A stretch of 64,000 nt of DNA from a bacterium (lineage in GTDB: Bacteria > RBG-13-61-14 > DATKZS01). The notes beneath the pieces are model-generated. The model was not told the DNA's origin. It searched no databases and saw nothing but the letters and a program-made list of their open reading frames with translations. Positions 9,267 to 18,626 of this stretch are shown here, in pieces. The stretch is from positions 544,001 to 608,000 of the forward strand of contig CAXXFL010000002.1 in assembly GCA_963674965.2 (NCBI GenBank), given 5' to 3'. Numbering within the stretch: the stretch's first letter is position 1; each line of letters begins with the position of its first letter. Both the position numbers and the translations under genes were made by a program.

Positions 9267-10232
9267 ATGGGCGGTGATACGGGGAGCAAAATTCAAGACT
9301 ACCTTGCCTACCTCGAGGTCGAGCGGAACCTCTCGCCAAAATCCATCGAGGCTTACGAAAGGGACCTCACGGGTTTTCGAAACTTTCTCGCCGAAACGGG
9401 ACTTATGGAAGACGAGACGGACCCGGCCAAGATTGACAATAAAATGGTCCGGAGATATCTGGCCGGCCTGTCCCGCAATAAAAAGCCCGCTTCCGTCGAG
9501 AGGGCGGCGGCCTCGATCAGAGGTTACTTCAGGTTCCTCATGAGCAGGGGACTAATAAAGAAAAACCCGGCGGCCCTGGTAAGGACCCCGAAAAAAGAGA
9601 AGAAACTCCCCGCGGTCCTGCCCGTGGACGAGGCCTTCGCCCTGATAGACGAGCCCAAGGGCGACGGAGCTCTCAAGACTCGGGACCGGGCGATGCTCGA
9701 GCTTTTTTACGGCTCAGGTCTACGTCTTTCCGAGGCGGTGGGACTTAACGTCGAGGACGTGGACCTGAAAGAGAGACTGATAAGGGTCAGGGGAAAGGGC
9801 AGGAAAGAACGGATTGTGCCCATCAATGAAAAAACGGCCGGGCTACTCAAGACGGTCGTTAAAATGAGGCGGGACTTGAGGCCGTCCGTTTTGGACGATG
9901 ACGCCCAGGCGGCCCTTTTTCTCAGCTCGAGGGGCAGGCGCATCTCGGCCCGGGCCGTGCAGAAGATGATCGAGAAGACCGCGGACCGTGCCGGCCTTGC
10001 CCGTCGCGTCAGCCCCCATGCCCTGAGGCATTCTTTCGCGACCCATCTTATGGACTCGGGCATGGCCATACGGAGCATACAGGAGCTTTTGGGACACGAG
10101 AGCTTGTCCACTACTCAGAAATACACGCACACCAGCCTGGCCGAACTGGCCAAGGTTTACGACGGGGCGCACCCGAGGGCGAAAGAGGAGGCAAATGATA
10201 AAGGGAACGACGATACTGCTGGTCAGGCATAA
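9267..10232 (+). CDS. xerC: Tyrosine recombinase XerC
   Basis: [35 protein letters not shown] and [14 protein letters not shown]; classic position upstream of hslVU. Confidence 0.88.
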   Translation: MGGDTGSKIQDYLAYLEVERNLSPKSIEAYERDLTGFRNFLAETGLMEDETDPAKIDNKMVRRYLAGLSRNKKPASVERAAASIRGYFRFLMSRGLIKKNPAALVRTPKKEKKLPAVLPVDEAFALIDEPKGDGALKTRDRAMLELFYGSGLRLSEAVGLNVEDVDLKERLIRVRGKGRKERIVPINEKTAGLLKTVVKMRRDLRPSVLDDDAQAALFLSSRGRRISARAVQKMIEKTADRAGLARRVSPHALRHSFATHLMDSGMAIRSIQELLGHESLSTTQKYTHTSLAELAKVYDGAHPRAKEEANDKGNDDTAGQA

Positions 10233-10743
10233 AGATAAAGTCGTCATGGCGGGCGACGGGCAGGTCACGTTTAACGACGTCGTGCTCAAGAGCACGGCCA
10301 GGAAGGTCCGCCGTCTTTACCAGGACAAGGTGATGTCGGGGTTCGCCGGCGCCACGGCCGACGCCTTTACGCTTTACGAGCGCCTGGAGGGCAAGCTCAA
10401 GGCCCACACGGGCAATCTGAGAAGGGCCGCGGTGGACCTGGCCAAGGACTGGCGGACCGACCGGGCGCTCCGGCGTCTCGAGGCCCTGATGATAGTGGCG
10501 GACGAGCGGGACGACTTCCTCATATCCGGGACGGGCGACGTGATCGAGCCTGAGGAGGGCGTACTGGCCATCGGCTCGGGCGGGTCCTACGCGGCCGCGG
10601 CGGCCAAGGCCCTGGTTCGGCACGCGGACATGAGCGCCAGGGATATAGCGGAAAAGGCCATGCAAATCGCCGCCGAGACCTGCATATATACCAATACGAA
10701 TTTCGTTTTCGACGAGATGGATTCAACCGGTAGGGACGATTGA
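10195..10743 (+). CDS. hslV: ATP-dependent protease subunit HslV
   Basis: GTTI start, [31 protein letters not shown] and AIGSGG. Confidence 0.97.
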   Translation: MIKGTTILLVRHKDKVVMAGDGQVTFNDVVLKSTARKVRRLYQDKVMSGFAGATADAFTLYERLEGKLKAHTGNLRRAAVDLAKDWRTDRALRRLEALMIVADERDDFLISGTGDVIEPEEGVLAIGSGGSYAAAAAKALVRHADMSARDIAEKAMQIAAETCIYTNTNFVFDEMDSTGRDD

Positions 10744-10924
10744 CGATCGGGCCGTTTAAAAGATTGGCGGGTTTATGGATATCTAGGCGCGGCCAGGGCT
10801 GAATATTGGACGTTTATTTTGCGACTTTTTTCGTTTCACTTGCATCGAAAAACATGGGAGCGGGTAAAGTTCGCCCGGACGCCGCGAGCGCGTTCTCGCG
10901 GGGGCCTCGGAAAGGGTACGGGAG

Positions 10925-12340
10925 TTGAAATTGAAAAGCGACTTGAACCTTACTCCGCGCGAGATCGTGTCGGAGTTGGACAAATACATTATCGGACAGA
11001 ACGAGGCTAAAAGGGCCGTGGCCATCGCGCTTCGCAACCGCTGGCGCAGGAAGAACGTAAGGGACGACCTGGCCGACGAGATCATGCCCAAGAACATCAT
11101 CATGATCGGACCCACGGGGGTGGGCAAGACCGAGATAGCCCGCCGCCTTTCCCGCCTGGCGGGGGCGCCTTTTATCAAGGTCGAGGCCAGCAAGTTCACC
11201 GAGGTGGGCTACGTGGGCCGCGACGTGGAGAGCATGGTCCGGGACTTGGTCGAGATGTCCATGAAGATGGTCGAGGACGAGGAGCGGGAGAACATCCGGG
11301 CCCGCGCCGAGGAGGCGGTCGAGGAAAGGCTGCTCGATCTTCTCGTCCCTCCCCCTCCCCAGCGGCCCGCCGGCCCTCAGGGAGGGAACGTTACCATGGC
11401 CGGGCCCATGATGATCCTGGACCAGCCCCGCGAGGAGGAGGCCGGCAAGGCCTCGGACTCGACGCGCGAGAAGTTCCGGCAAATGCTTAAGGACGGCAAG
11501 CTGGAGGACAGGTCCGTGGACGTCGAGGTCCAGGTTCGAAGCGGCGGCATGATGCAGATATTCAGCGGGTCCGGACTGGACGAGATGTCCATCAACATCC
11601 AGGACGCCATCGGCTCGATGATGGGCGGGTCCAAGACCAAGCAGCGGCGGGTCCGGGTCCAGGAGGCCAGGCAGATACTCCTGGCCGAGGAGGAAGAAAA
11701 GCTTATCGACCAGGAGAAAGTGGTGCAGGAGGCGCTGATCAGGGCCCAGGAGGCGGGCATTATTTTCATCGACGAGATAGACAAGGTGGCCGGGAGCGGG
11801 AGCAAGGGGCACGGCCCGGACGTGAGCCGGGAGGGCGTCCAGCGTGACATCCTGCCCATCGTCGAGGGATCGACCGTGGCCACCAAGTACGGAATGGTCA
11901 AAACCGACCACGTGCTTTTCATCGCCTCGGGGGCGTTCCACATGTCCAAGCCCTCGGACCTTATTCCCGAGCTTCAAGGCAGGTTCCCCATCAGGGTCGA
12001 ATTAAGCTCCCTGACCAGGGAGGACCTGGCCCGGATACTGACGGAACCCAAGAACGCCCTGGTCACGCAGTACAAGGCCCTGCTCGAGACGGAGGGCGTG
12101 GAGTTGGCCTTCAAGGAGGAGGCGGTCAAGACCATCGCGGAATACTGCGAGAAGGTCAACGAGAGCACCGAGAACATAGGGGCCAGGAGGCTTCACACCC
12201 TTATGGAGAAGCTTCTTGACGAGGTTTCTTTCAACGCTCCCGATATGGGGGGCGTCAAGGTCGAGATCGACCGGGCCTACGTTTTGGAGAGGATCAAGGA
12301 CCTGGCGGAGGATGAGGACCTGAGCCGGTATATATTGTAA
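10925..12340 (+). CDS. hslU: ATP-dependent protease ATPase subunit HslU
   Basis: [33 protein letters not shown] and the C-terminal DLSRYIL. Confidence 0.97.
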   Translation: MKLKSDLNLTPREIVSELDKYIIGQNEAKRAVAIALRNRWRRKNVRDDLADEIMPKNIIMIGPTGVGKTEIARRLSRLAGAPFIKVEASKFTEVGYVGRDVESMVRDLVEMSMKMVEDEERENIRARAEEAVEERLLDLLVPPPPQRPAGPQGGNVTMAGPMMILDQPREEEAGKASDSTREKFRQMLKDGKLEDRSVDVEVQVRSGGMMQIFSGSGLDEMSINIQDAIGSMMGGSKTKQRRVRVQEARQILLAEEEEKLIDQEKVVQEALIRAQEAGIIFIDEIDKVAGSGSKGHGPDVSREGVQRDILPIVEGSTVATKYGMVKTDHVLFIASGAFHMSKPSDLIPELQGRFPIRVELSSLTREDLARILTEPKNALVTQYKALLETEGVELAFKEEAVKTIAEYCEKVNESTENIGARRLHTLMEKLLDEVSFNAPDMGGVKVEIDRAYVLERIKDLAEDEDLSRYIL

Positions 12341-12365
12341 AAAAACTTGAAGAAAGGGTAGGGGC

Positions 12366-13916
12366 ATGGCGAGGATTCTTGTAATTGACGACGAGCTTTT
12401 TTATCGCGAGCACGTTTCGGACGTCCTTGGCAAGGCCGGCCACGACGTTGTCAAGGCCCAGGGCGGCAAGGAGGGGGTAAACCTTTTCGGACAGGACGAG
12501 ACCATCGAGGCCGTGCTGTGCGACGTGGTGATGCCCGGTTTCGACGGCATGGCGGTGCTGTCGAAAATCCGGCAGAAGAACGATTCCGTGCCGGTCATAA
12601 TGCTCTCGGCCCATGAGGAGCACCGCATGGTTCTTCAGGCCATGAGGCGCGGGGCCTTCGACTATCAGCGAAAACCCATCAGCCCCCAGGAACTGGTGCT
12701 GGCCGTGGACCGGGCCCTCGAGTACAGCCGCCTGCAGGTGGAAAAGGTCAGCAAGCTCGAGCGTCTGGCCACCCTCGAGAACGGGGCCCAGAGGCTGTCT
12801 CAAATGGTCACCGACGGCGGCATTCCCCTCGAGGCCCTGGCCCAGGAGTACGAGCTCCTCGAGAGCGCGGTCGGGATGGTCTCCGAGCTTTTGCAATGCG
12901 ACCGCGTGTCCATCATGATGCTCGATCCGGAGGACGGGACGCTCAAGGTCGCCGTGTCCGTGGGCCTGAGTAAAAGCCATATCAGCCAGGAAGCCAAGCC
13001 GGCCAAGGAAAGCGTCTCGAGCTACGTGCTTAAAACGGGCCAGGGCATCCTGGTCTCGAACGCGGAGGAGGACAAGCGCGTTCCCGAGAGCGCGTTCTCT
13101 TCCCAGTACAAGACCCAGTCCTTCGTGGTCGCGCCGGTCAAGATCGGCGAGAAGATCGTGGGCACCATCAACGCCAACGACAAAAAGAACGGCTCCGAGT
13201 TCAATGAGGACGACCTTTTCCTCCTCCGTACCATGAGCCACCACGTGTCGGCCTCCCTGTCCCACGCCATACAGACCTCGGAAATGAAAAGGGACAGGCA
13301 AAGACTGCAAAGGCTGACCGAGTTCCAGCGCGTGCTTATCCACTACCTCGAGCCCGAGCAGATGATGTGCGACCTCCTGCAAAAGGTCCAGGACCTCATG
13401 AACACGGTCAACGTGGCCATTTTCCTGCAGGACGACGAAGGCGGGGACCTCGTCCTCAAAATGGGCTTTAACGGCAAGAAGGAAATGAGCAAGAAGATAG
13501 TCATCCGCTACGGGGAGTCCATCACCGGCCTGGCCGCCAAGGAGGGCAAGCTGTTCATGATCAACTCTCCCGAGAAGGACCGGCGCTTCATCATGGAGGC
13601 CGAGTGGCCGGGCAAGGGCGTGATACGGAGCATGCTGGTCGCGCCCATCCGCCTCTCGGGCCAGACCATAGGCGCCATCAGGCTGCTCAACAAAAGGAGC
13701 GGCCCCTTCAACCAGGACGACGCCCAGCTTTTAAAGGACGTGGCAGACCCGCTCTCGATCGCCATCCGGAACATGAAGCTCTACGAGCAGCTCAACAAGA
13801 GCGTGGAGGACATTATCGAGGCCAACCGCAACCTGGAGAAGGCCAACGACGAGCTGGCCATGAAGGCCAAGGAGCTCGAGGTGCTTGAGAAGGTTGTGAG
13901 GGGAGGAGTGAAATAA
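12366..13916 (+). CDS. Response regulator receiver + two GAF domains, no recognisable output domain
   Basis: REC motifs ILVIDDE, CDVVMPG, LSA and DYQRKP; two GAF segments ending FNEDDLFLL and FNQDDAQLL; C-terminal coiled coil. Confidence 0.85.
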   Translation: MARILVIDDELFYREHVSDVLGKAGHDVVKAQGGKEGVNLFGQDETIEAVLCDVVMPGFDGMAVLSKIRQKNDSVPVIMLSAHEEHRMVLQAMRRGAFDYQRKPISPQELVLAVDRALEYSRLQVEKVSKLERLATLENGAQRLSQMVTDGGIPLEALAQEYELLESAVGMVSELLQCDRVSIMMLDPEDGTLKVAVSVGLSKSHISQEAKPAKESVSSYVLKTGQGILVSNAEEDKRVPESAFSSQYKTQSFVVAPVKIGEKIVGTINANDKKNGSEFNEDDLFLLRTMSHHVSASLSHAIQTSEMKRDRQRLQRLTEFQRVLIHYLEPEQMMCDLLQKVQDLMNTVNVAIFLQDDEGGDLVLKMGFNGKKEMSKKIVIRYGESITGLAAKEGKLFMINSPEKDRRFIMEAEWPGKGVIRSMLVAPIRLSGQTIGAIRLLNKRSGPFNQDDAQLLKDVADPLSIAIRNMKLYEQLNKSVEDIIEANRNLEKANDELAMKAKELEVLEKVVRGGVK

Positions 13917-14791
13917 TGGTGGACCCGTCCCTTCGGGCCCGGATACTTATCGAGGCCCTTCCTTACATCCGGCAGTTCGCGGGCAAGCACGTGGTCATCA
14001 AGCTGGGAGGCCACGCCATGAAGGACGCCGGGCTCGAGCAGAGCTTCGCCGACGACGTCGTCCTCCTCAAGGCGGTGGGCATCCACCCGGTGGTGGTCCA
14101 TGGAGGCGGCCCGCAAATTGGCGACCTCCTTAAAAAACTGGGCGTCGAGTGCCGCTTCGTCGAGGGCATGAGGGTCACCGACGACCAGACCCTCGACGTG
14201 GTCGAGATGGTGCTGGGAGGTACCGTCAACGGACGCATCGTCACGCGCATTATCACGGCCGGCGGCAAAGCCATCGGCCTATCCGGCAGGGACGGTTCCC
14301 TCATCGACGCCCGGCCCCTTAAAATACCCCTGAAAAAAGAGGACCGGACCCCCGAGATTCTCGACCTGGGACACGTGGGACAAGTCGAGCGAGTGGACGC
14401 CGAGCTTCTCGTCCACCTTTGCGGACGCGGCATGATTCCCGTCGTGGCGCCCCTGGGAGTGGACGAGCACGGACAGGCTTACAACATCAACGCCGACCTG
14501 GTGGCGGGCGCCATCGCCTCGGCGCTGGGGGCCGAGAAGCTTATACTGCTGACGGACACGGAGGGAGTGGCCGACGGAGAGGGCAAACTGGTCAGCCGGC
14601 TGGGACGGGAGAACGCCGCGAAAATGAAGGAGTCCGGAGTCATCAAAGGGGGCATGATCCCCAAGGTGGACTGCGCCCTCAAGGCCATGGAGTCGGGCGT
14701 AAGGAAAGCGCATATCATTGACGGAAGAGTGGCCCACGCTCTGCTTCTCGAGCTTTTCACCGACGGCGGAATAGGGACGGTCATCGTTTGA
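13916..14791 (+). CDS. argB: Acetylglutamate kinase
   Basis: EALPYI, VIKLGG, VVHGGGPQI, GMRVTD, NINAD and GGMIPKV. Confidence 0.96.
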   Translation: MVDPSLRARILIEALPYIRQFAGKHVVIKLGGHAMKDAGLEQSFADDVVLLKAVGIHPVVVHGGGPQIGDLLKKLGVECRFVEGMRVTDDQTLDVVEMVLGGTVNGRIVTRIITAGGKAIGLSGRDGSLIDARPLKIPLKKEDRTPEILDLGHVGQVERVDAELLVHLCGRGMIPVVAPLGVDEHGQAYNINADLVAGAIASALGAEKLILLTDTEGVADGEGKLVSRLGRENAAKMKESGVIKGGMIPKVDCALKAMESGVRKAHIIDGRVAHALLLELFTDGGIGTVIV

Positions 14792-14970
14792 CCCCGGGAC
14801 CGCCAACGGCTTGCGCCGGCGCTTTGAAAGTTATAAAATAATAATCTTTATAATGGCGTTACCGGTAATTAAGAATTATTATCGGGAAGATAAGTTGTTT
14901 GTTATCGATGGCACGATTCTTTCCAAAAATGAAAGCGGGGCCTTCGATTGAACGAATGGAAAATTGAGGC

Positions 14971-16164
14971 GTGACCATGGGTCTTATCGAGGATGGAGAA
15001 AAATACCTGGTCCAGAACTATGGACGGCTGAAGGTCGCCTTTACCGAGGGCAAGGGCGCCCGCTTATGGGACCAGACCGGCAAGGAGTACCTCGATTTCC
15101 TGGCCGGCATCGCCGTGACCAACCTGGGCCACTCGCATCCCAAGGTGGCCGAGGCCGTGGCGGCCCAGGCCCTGAAGCTCGTTCACACCAGCAACCTTTA
15201 TTACATCGGGCCCCAGGTCGAGTTGGCCCGCTGGCTGGTGGACCACTCCTTCGCGGACCGCGCCTTCTTTTGCAACTCGGGTACCGAGGCCAATGAGGCC
15301 GCCCTGAAGATGGCGAGGAAGTGGGGGGCCGAGAACAAGGACGGGGCCTTCGAGATCGTCGCGGCCGAGGATTCCTTTCACGGCCGCACCATGTTCAGCC
15401 TCGCGGTCACGGGTCAGAAAAAACACCAGAAGGGGTTCGCCCCCCTCGTGCCCGGCGTCAGGATCGTTCCCTATGGGGACGCGGCGGCGGTGGAAAAGGC
15501 CCTGACCGCCAAAACGGCCGCGGTCATCGTCGAGCCCATCCAGGGGGAGGGCGGAGTGCGGGTGCCGCCCGAGGGCTACCTCGCCGCGCTTCGGGAAATC
15601 TGCGACCGCGAGAAGGTACTGCTTATCTACGACGAGGTCCAGACGGGCATGGGACGGACCGGACGCCTGTTCGCTTACGAGGAGGCGGGCGCCCCGCCGG
15701 ATATCATGACCCTGGCCAAGGCCCTGGGCAACGGCTTTCCCATCGGCGCCACCCTGGCGAACGAAAAGGCGGCCTCGGCCCTCGGGCCCGGAAGCCACGC
15801 CTCGACCTTTGGCGGAAATTTCCTCGCCTGCGCCGCGGCCCTCGCCGTGGTCCGGGAGTTCGAGGAAAAGGACGTTCCCGCCATGGCCCGCGAGATGGGC
15901 CAATACTTGAGGGAGCGCCTTCAGGAGGTCGCGGCGGACCTCGACTGCGTCCAGGAGGTAAGGGGGAAGGGGCTTCTGCTGGGCATGGCCCTGGACCGGC
16001 CCGGACAGCCGGTGGTGAACGACCTGTTCGAGGATGGAGTCATAATAAACTGCACGGCCGAGACCGTGCTTCGTTTCGTTCCTCCCCTTACCATCACGCG
16101 GGAAGAGGTGGACGAGATGATACCCAAGCTGAGGGTTGCCCTCGAGAAGTTGGAGCGTTCCTGA
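14971..16164 (+). CDS. argD: Acetylornithine aminotransferase
   Basis: NSGTEANEAALK, SFHGRT, EPIQGEGG, DEVQTGMGRTG, LAKALG and HASTFGGN; lies between argB and argF. Confidence 0.93.
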   Translation: MTMGLIEDGEKYLVQNYGRLKVAFTEGKGARLWDQTGKEYLDFLAGIAVTNLGHSHPKVAEAVAAQALKLVHTSNLYYIGPQVELARWLVDHSFADRAFFCNSGTEANEAALKMARKWGAENKDGAFEIVAAEDSFHGRTMFSLAVTGQKKHQKGFAPLVPGVRIVPYGDAAAVEKALTAKTAAVIVEPIQGEGGVRVPPEGYLAALREICDREKVLLIYDEVQTGMGRTGRLFAYEEAGAPPDIMTLAKALGNGFPIGATLANEKAASALGPGSHASTFGGNFLACAAALAVVREFEEKDVPAMAREMGQYLRERLQEVAADLDCVQEVRGKGLLLGMALDRPGQPVVNDLFEDGVIINCTAETVLRFVPPLTITREEVDEMIPKLRVALEKLERS

Positions 16165-16190
16165 AGGGGAACGCGGGAAGGAGAGCCGCG

Positions 16191-17105
16191 TTGGCCGTGA
16201 AACATTTTATAGGCCTTGACGATTACAACCGCGATTCGCTGGACGGGCTTTTGGCCCGGGCGGCCGAGCTCAAGGCCGACCTGAAAAAGGGAAAGACCCA
16301 TAACGGGCTGGCGGGCAAAAGCGTGGCCCTCATCTTCGAGAAGCCCAGCACCAGGACCCGCGTCAGTTTCGAGGTGGGCGTGCATCAACTTGGCGGCTAC
16401 CCCCTTTTCCTCTCGGGCAAGGAGACGCAGCTTAAAAGGGGCGAACCCATCGCCGACACGGCCCGGGTGCTTTCCCGCTACGTGGACATGATCATGATCA
16501 GGACCCACGGACATGAGGACGTGATCGAGCTGGCGGAGAAATCGAGCGTGCCCGTTATCAACGGTCTCACGGACCTTTTGCATCCTTGCCAGATTCTGGC
16601 CGATCTATTGACCATGCGGGAAGTCGGTCTCGACCTGGACGATTGCTCGGTGTGCTACGTGGGCGACGGAAACAACGTGGCCAACTCCTGGATCAACGCC
16701 GCCGGCGTATTCAATTTCGACCTTCGGATCGCCTGCCCGGAGGGATACGATCCCAACGCCGGTCTCATGCGAAAGGCTCGCGAGGCGGGAGGACGCGTCA
16801 ACGTGTTTCGCGACTCCCTCGAGGCGGCTTCCGGCGCCGACGTCTTATACACCGACGTGTGGGTGAGCATGGGGCAGGAGGACGAGGTGGCAAGGCGCAA
16901 GGCCGCCTTCAAGGGTTTTCAGATCGGGATGGACCTGATCGACGCGGCCGCTCCCGAGGTCAAGGTCATGCATTGCCTGCCCGCCCACAGGGGCGAGGAA
17001 ATAACGGATGAAGCCATCGAGAGCGGGCACTCGATCGTATTCGACCAGGCCGAGAACAGGCTCCACGCTCAGAAATCCATCATGGAGTTTCTGGCGAAAG
17101 GATAA
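16191..17105 (+). CDS. argF: Ornithine carbamoyltransferase
   Basis: FEKPSTRTRVSF, HPCQ, GDGNNV and HCLPAHRGEE; TTG start at 16191 after an AAGGAGA SD, within the longer ORF 15321..17105. Confidence 0.95.
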   Translation: MAVKHFIGLDDYNRDSLDGLLARAAELKADLKKGKTHNGLAGKSVALIFEKPSTRTRVSFEVGVHQLGGYPLFLSGKETQLKRGEPIADTARVLSRYVDMIMIRTHGHEDVIELAEKSSVPVINGLTDLLHPCQILADLLTMREVGLDLDDCSVCYVGDGNNVANSWINAAGVFNFDLRIACPEGYDPNAGLMRKAREAGGRVNVFRDSLEAASGADVLYTDVWVSMGQEDEVARRKAAFKGFQIGMDLIDAAAPEVKVMHCLPAHRGEEITDEAIESGHSIVFDQAENRLHAQKSIMEFLAKG

Positions 17106-17116
17106 TAAATAAATTC

Positions 17117-18616
17117 ATGAACGAAGCGGAGAAAAAATCTTTCGCTCCTGACGATCTTCCTCTTGTCTGCGAGGGATTGGACCTCATGAGTCTCAACGTG
17201 ACCCCCGAGGAGGGCTTCCTCTTGTCCCGCCTTGACGGGACCACCTCGGTCGGGGTACTTTTTCGGTCGACCGGGCTGGGCGAGGAGAAGACCGCTACCC
17301 TTTTGGCCTCCCTCATGGCCAAGAACATCGTCATCATGAAGGGAGTGACCTATTGTCAGGACCGGCCCGGGCCGGAAAACGGGGACGGCCATGAGGCGGC
17401 AAGCCCCGAGGCCGGCGAAGATACGGATGAATTCGACGACGACGAGGCCGCCGGCGAGGAAGAAGGGGAGGATAATGGCTTAAGCGAGGGCGAAAATTCC
17501 CAGGTCTTGCGGAAACTGAAAATGGCGCTTAGAAAAAAACAGCTTCCCAAGGGCCCCGAGCTTTTGGCCATAGTGGAACAGACCTTTGTAAACCTCGAGA
17601 ACTTAAGCTATTATGACCTGTTGGGAGTTCCGGTCGCCTCCGAGTTCAAGGAAATAAAAAAGTCATACCTGAGGAGGACGAAGTCGTTTCATCCCGACAG
17701 GTTCTATAGAAACGCGGACAAGCAGCTCGTCAAGCACGTTCAGGAGATATTCAAGCAGCTTAATAAAGGATATAAAGTACTCGCGGACGCCGAGAAAAGA
17801 GGCGAGTACGACAAGTCGCTCGACGAGGAGGAAATGTGGCTCAAGCACGAGCTGGCCGACGAGGAGGAAACCATAACCACCAGCCGTACCAGGTCGGTTA
17901 AAGGCGATTCCTCCCCCTGGAAGCGGATCAGGGTGTCCAGGCAAAAACCCATCGAGGAGAAAACAAGAAAGAAAAAGAAAAAAGAGGAAAAACCAAAGGT
18001 CGAGGGACCCAAGCTGAAACTGGGGCTGAAAGACGGGAAGTCGGCCTCCCCCCTGCTCAAGAAGATTCACGAGATGAAGGAGAAAGAGCAAAAGACTTAC
18101 GACGAGCAGGCCGAGCGCTTCTATCGGGGGGCCATGGTGGAAAAAGACTCGGGCAATATTAACGCGGCGAGGAACAACCTCAAGCTGGCCCTTCAATACA
18201 GCCCGGGAAATAAAAAATACTTAGGGGCCGTCGAGGAACTTGAACATTTCGAGTCATCGAGAAGGGCCGAGACGAGCTTCAAGTCGGGCATGAAGGCCCA
18301 TGACGCCGGCGATCTGAAGCAGGCCCTGAAGGACTATCGCGAAGCGATAAGGTTGGGTTATGAAAATTCTCTGCTATATAATAAAATGGCCGAGTTGATA
18401 ATGGAGCTGGAAGGCAATTACGAACTGGCTCGCTCGCTCAGCCTCAAGGCGATCGAGAAGCAGCCCGAGGCCGTCGATTTCCGCATGACCCTGGCCAGGG
18501 CTTACAAGGGGCTGGGACAGAAGGCGGCGGCCATGGTTCAGTTTAATAAAGTATTGGAGATACAGCCGAAAAACAAGCTGGCAATCAAGGAGCTGAAAGC
18601 ACTAAAGCGCGGCTAG
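17117..18616 (+). CDS. J-domain (DnaJ-like) protein with C-terminal TPR repeats
   Basis: SYYDLLGV...FHPDRFY J-domain with HPD; TPR-like helices at the C-terminus; N-terminal TPEEGFLLSRLDG segment. Confidence 0.85.
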   Translation: MNEAEKKSFAPDDLPLVCEGLDLMSLNVTPEEGFLLSRLDGTTSVGVLFRSTGLGEEKTATLLASLMAKNIVIMKGVTYCQDRPGPENGDGHEAASPEAGEDTDEFDDDEAAGEEEGEDNGLSEGENSQVLRKLKMALRKKQLPKGPELLAIVEQTFVNLENLSYYDLLGVPVASEFKEIKKSYLRRTKSFHPDRFYRNADKQLVKHVQEIFKQLNKGYKVLADAEKRGEYDKSLDEEEMWLKHELADEEETITTSRTRSVKGDSSPWKRIRVSRQKPIEEKTRKKKKKEEKPKVEGPKLKLGLKDGKSASPLLKKIHEMKEKEQKTYDEQAERFYRGAMVEKDSGNINAARNNLKLALQYSPGNKKYLGAVEELEHFESSRRAETSFKSGMKAHDAGDLKQALKDYREAIRLGYENSLLYNKMAELIMELEGNYELARSLSLKAIEKQPEAVDFRMTLARAYKGLGQKAAAMVQFNKVLEIQPKNKLAIKELKALKRG

Positions 18617-18626
18617 GAGGATACTT

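Noticed and set aside
9267-10232. Tyrosine recombinase as a phage or island integrase
   Set aside because: The xerC-hslV-hslU context is a housekeeping arrangement; no att sites or phage genes were seen.
14909-14923. Sigma54 promoter upstream of argD (TGGCACGATTCTTTC)
   Set aside because: The -24 box is perfect but the -12 TTGC reads TTTC, so it cannot be supported without a PWM or TSS data.
15321-16190. N-terminal extensions of argF (594 aa), HPr (213 aa), the kinase-like gene (719 aa), moeA (465 aa) and rpoN (514 aa) suggesting fusions or frameshifts
   Set aside because: The extensions are mostly Arg/Gly/Pro-rich off-frame readings of the upstream gene, and plausible internal starts exist at the domain boundary.
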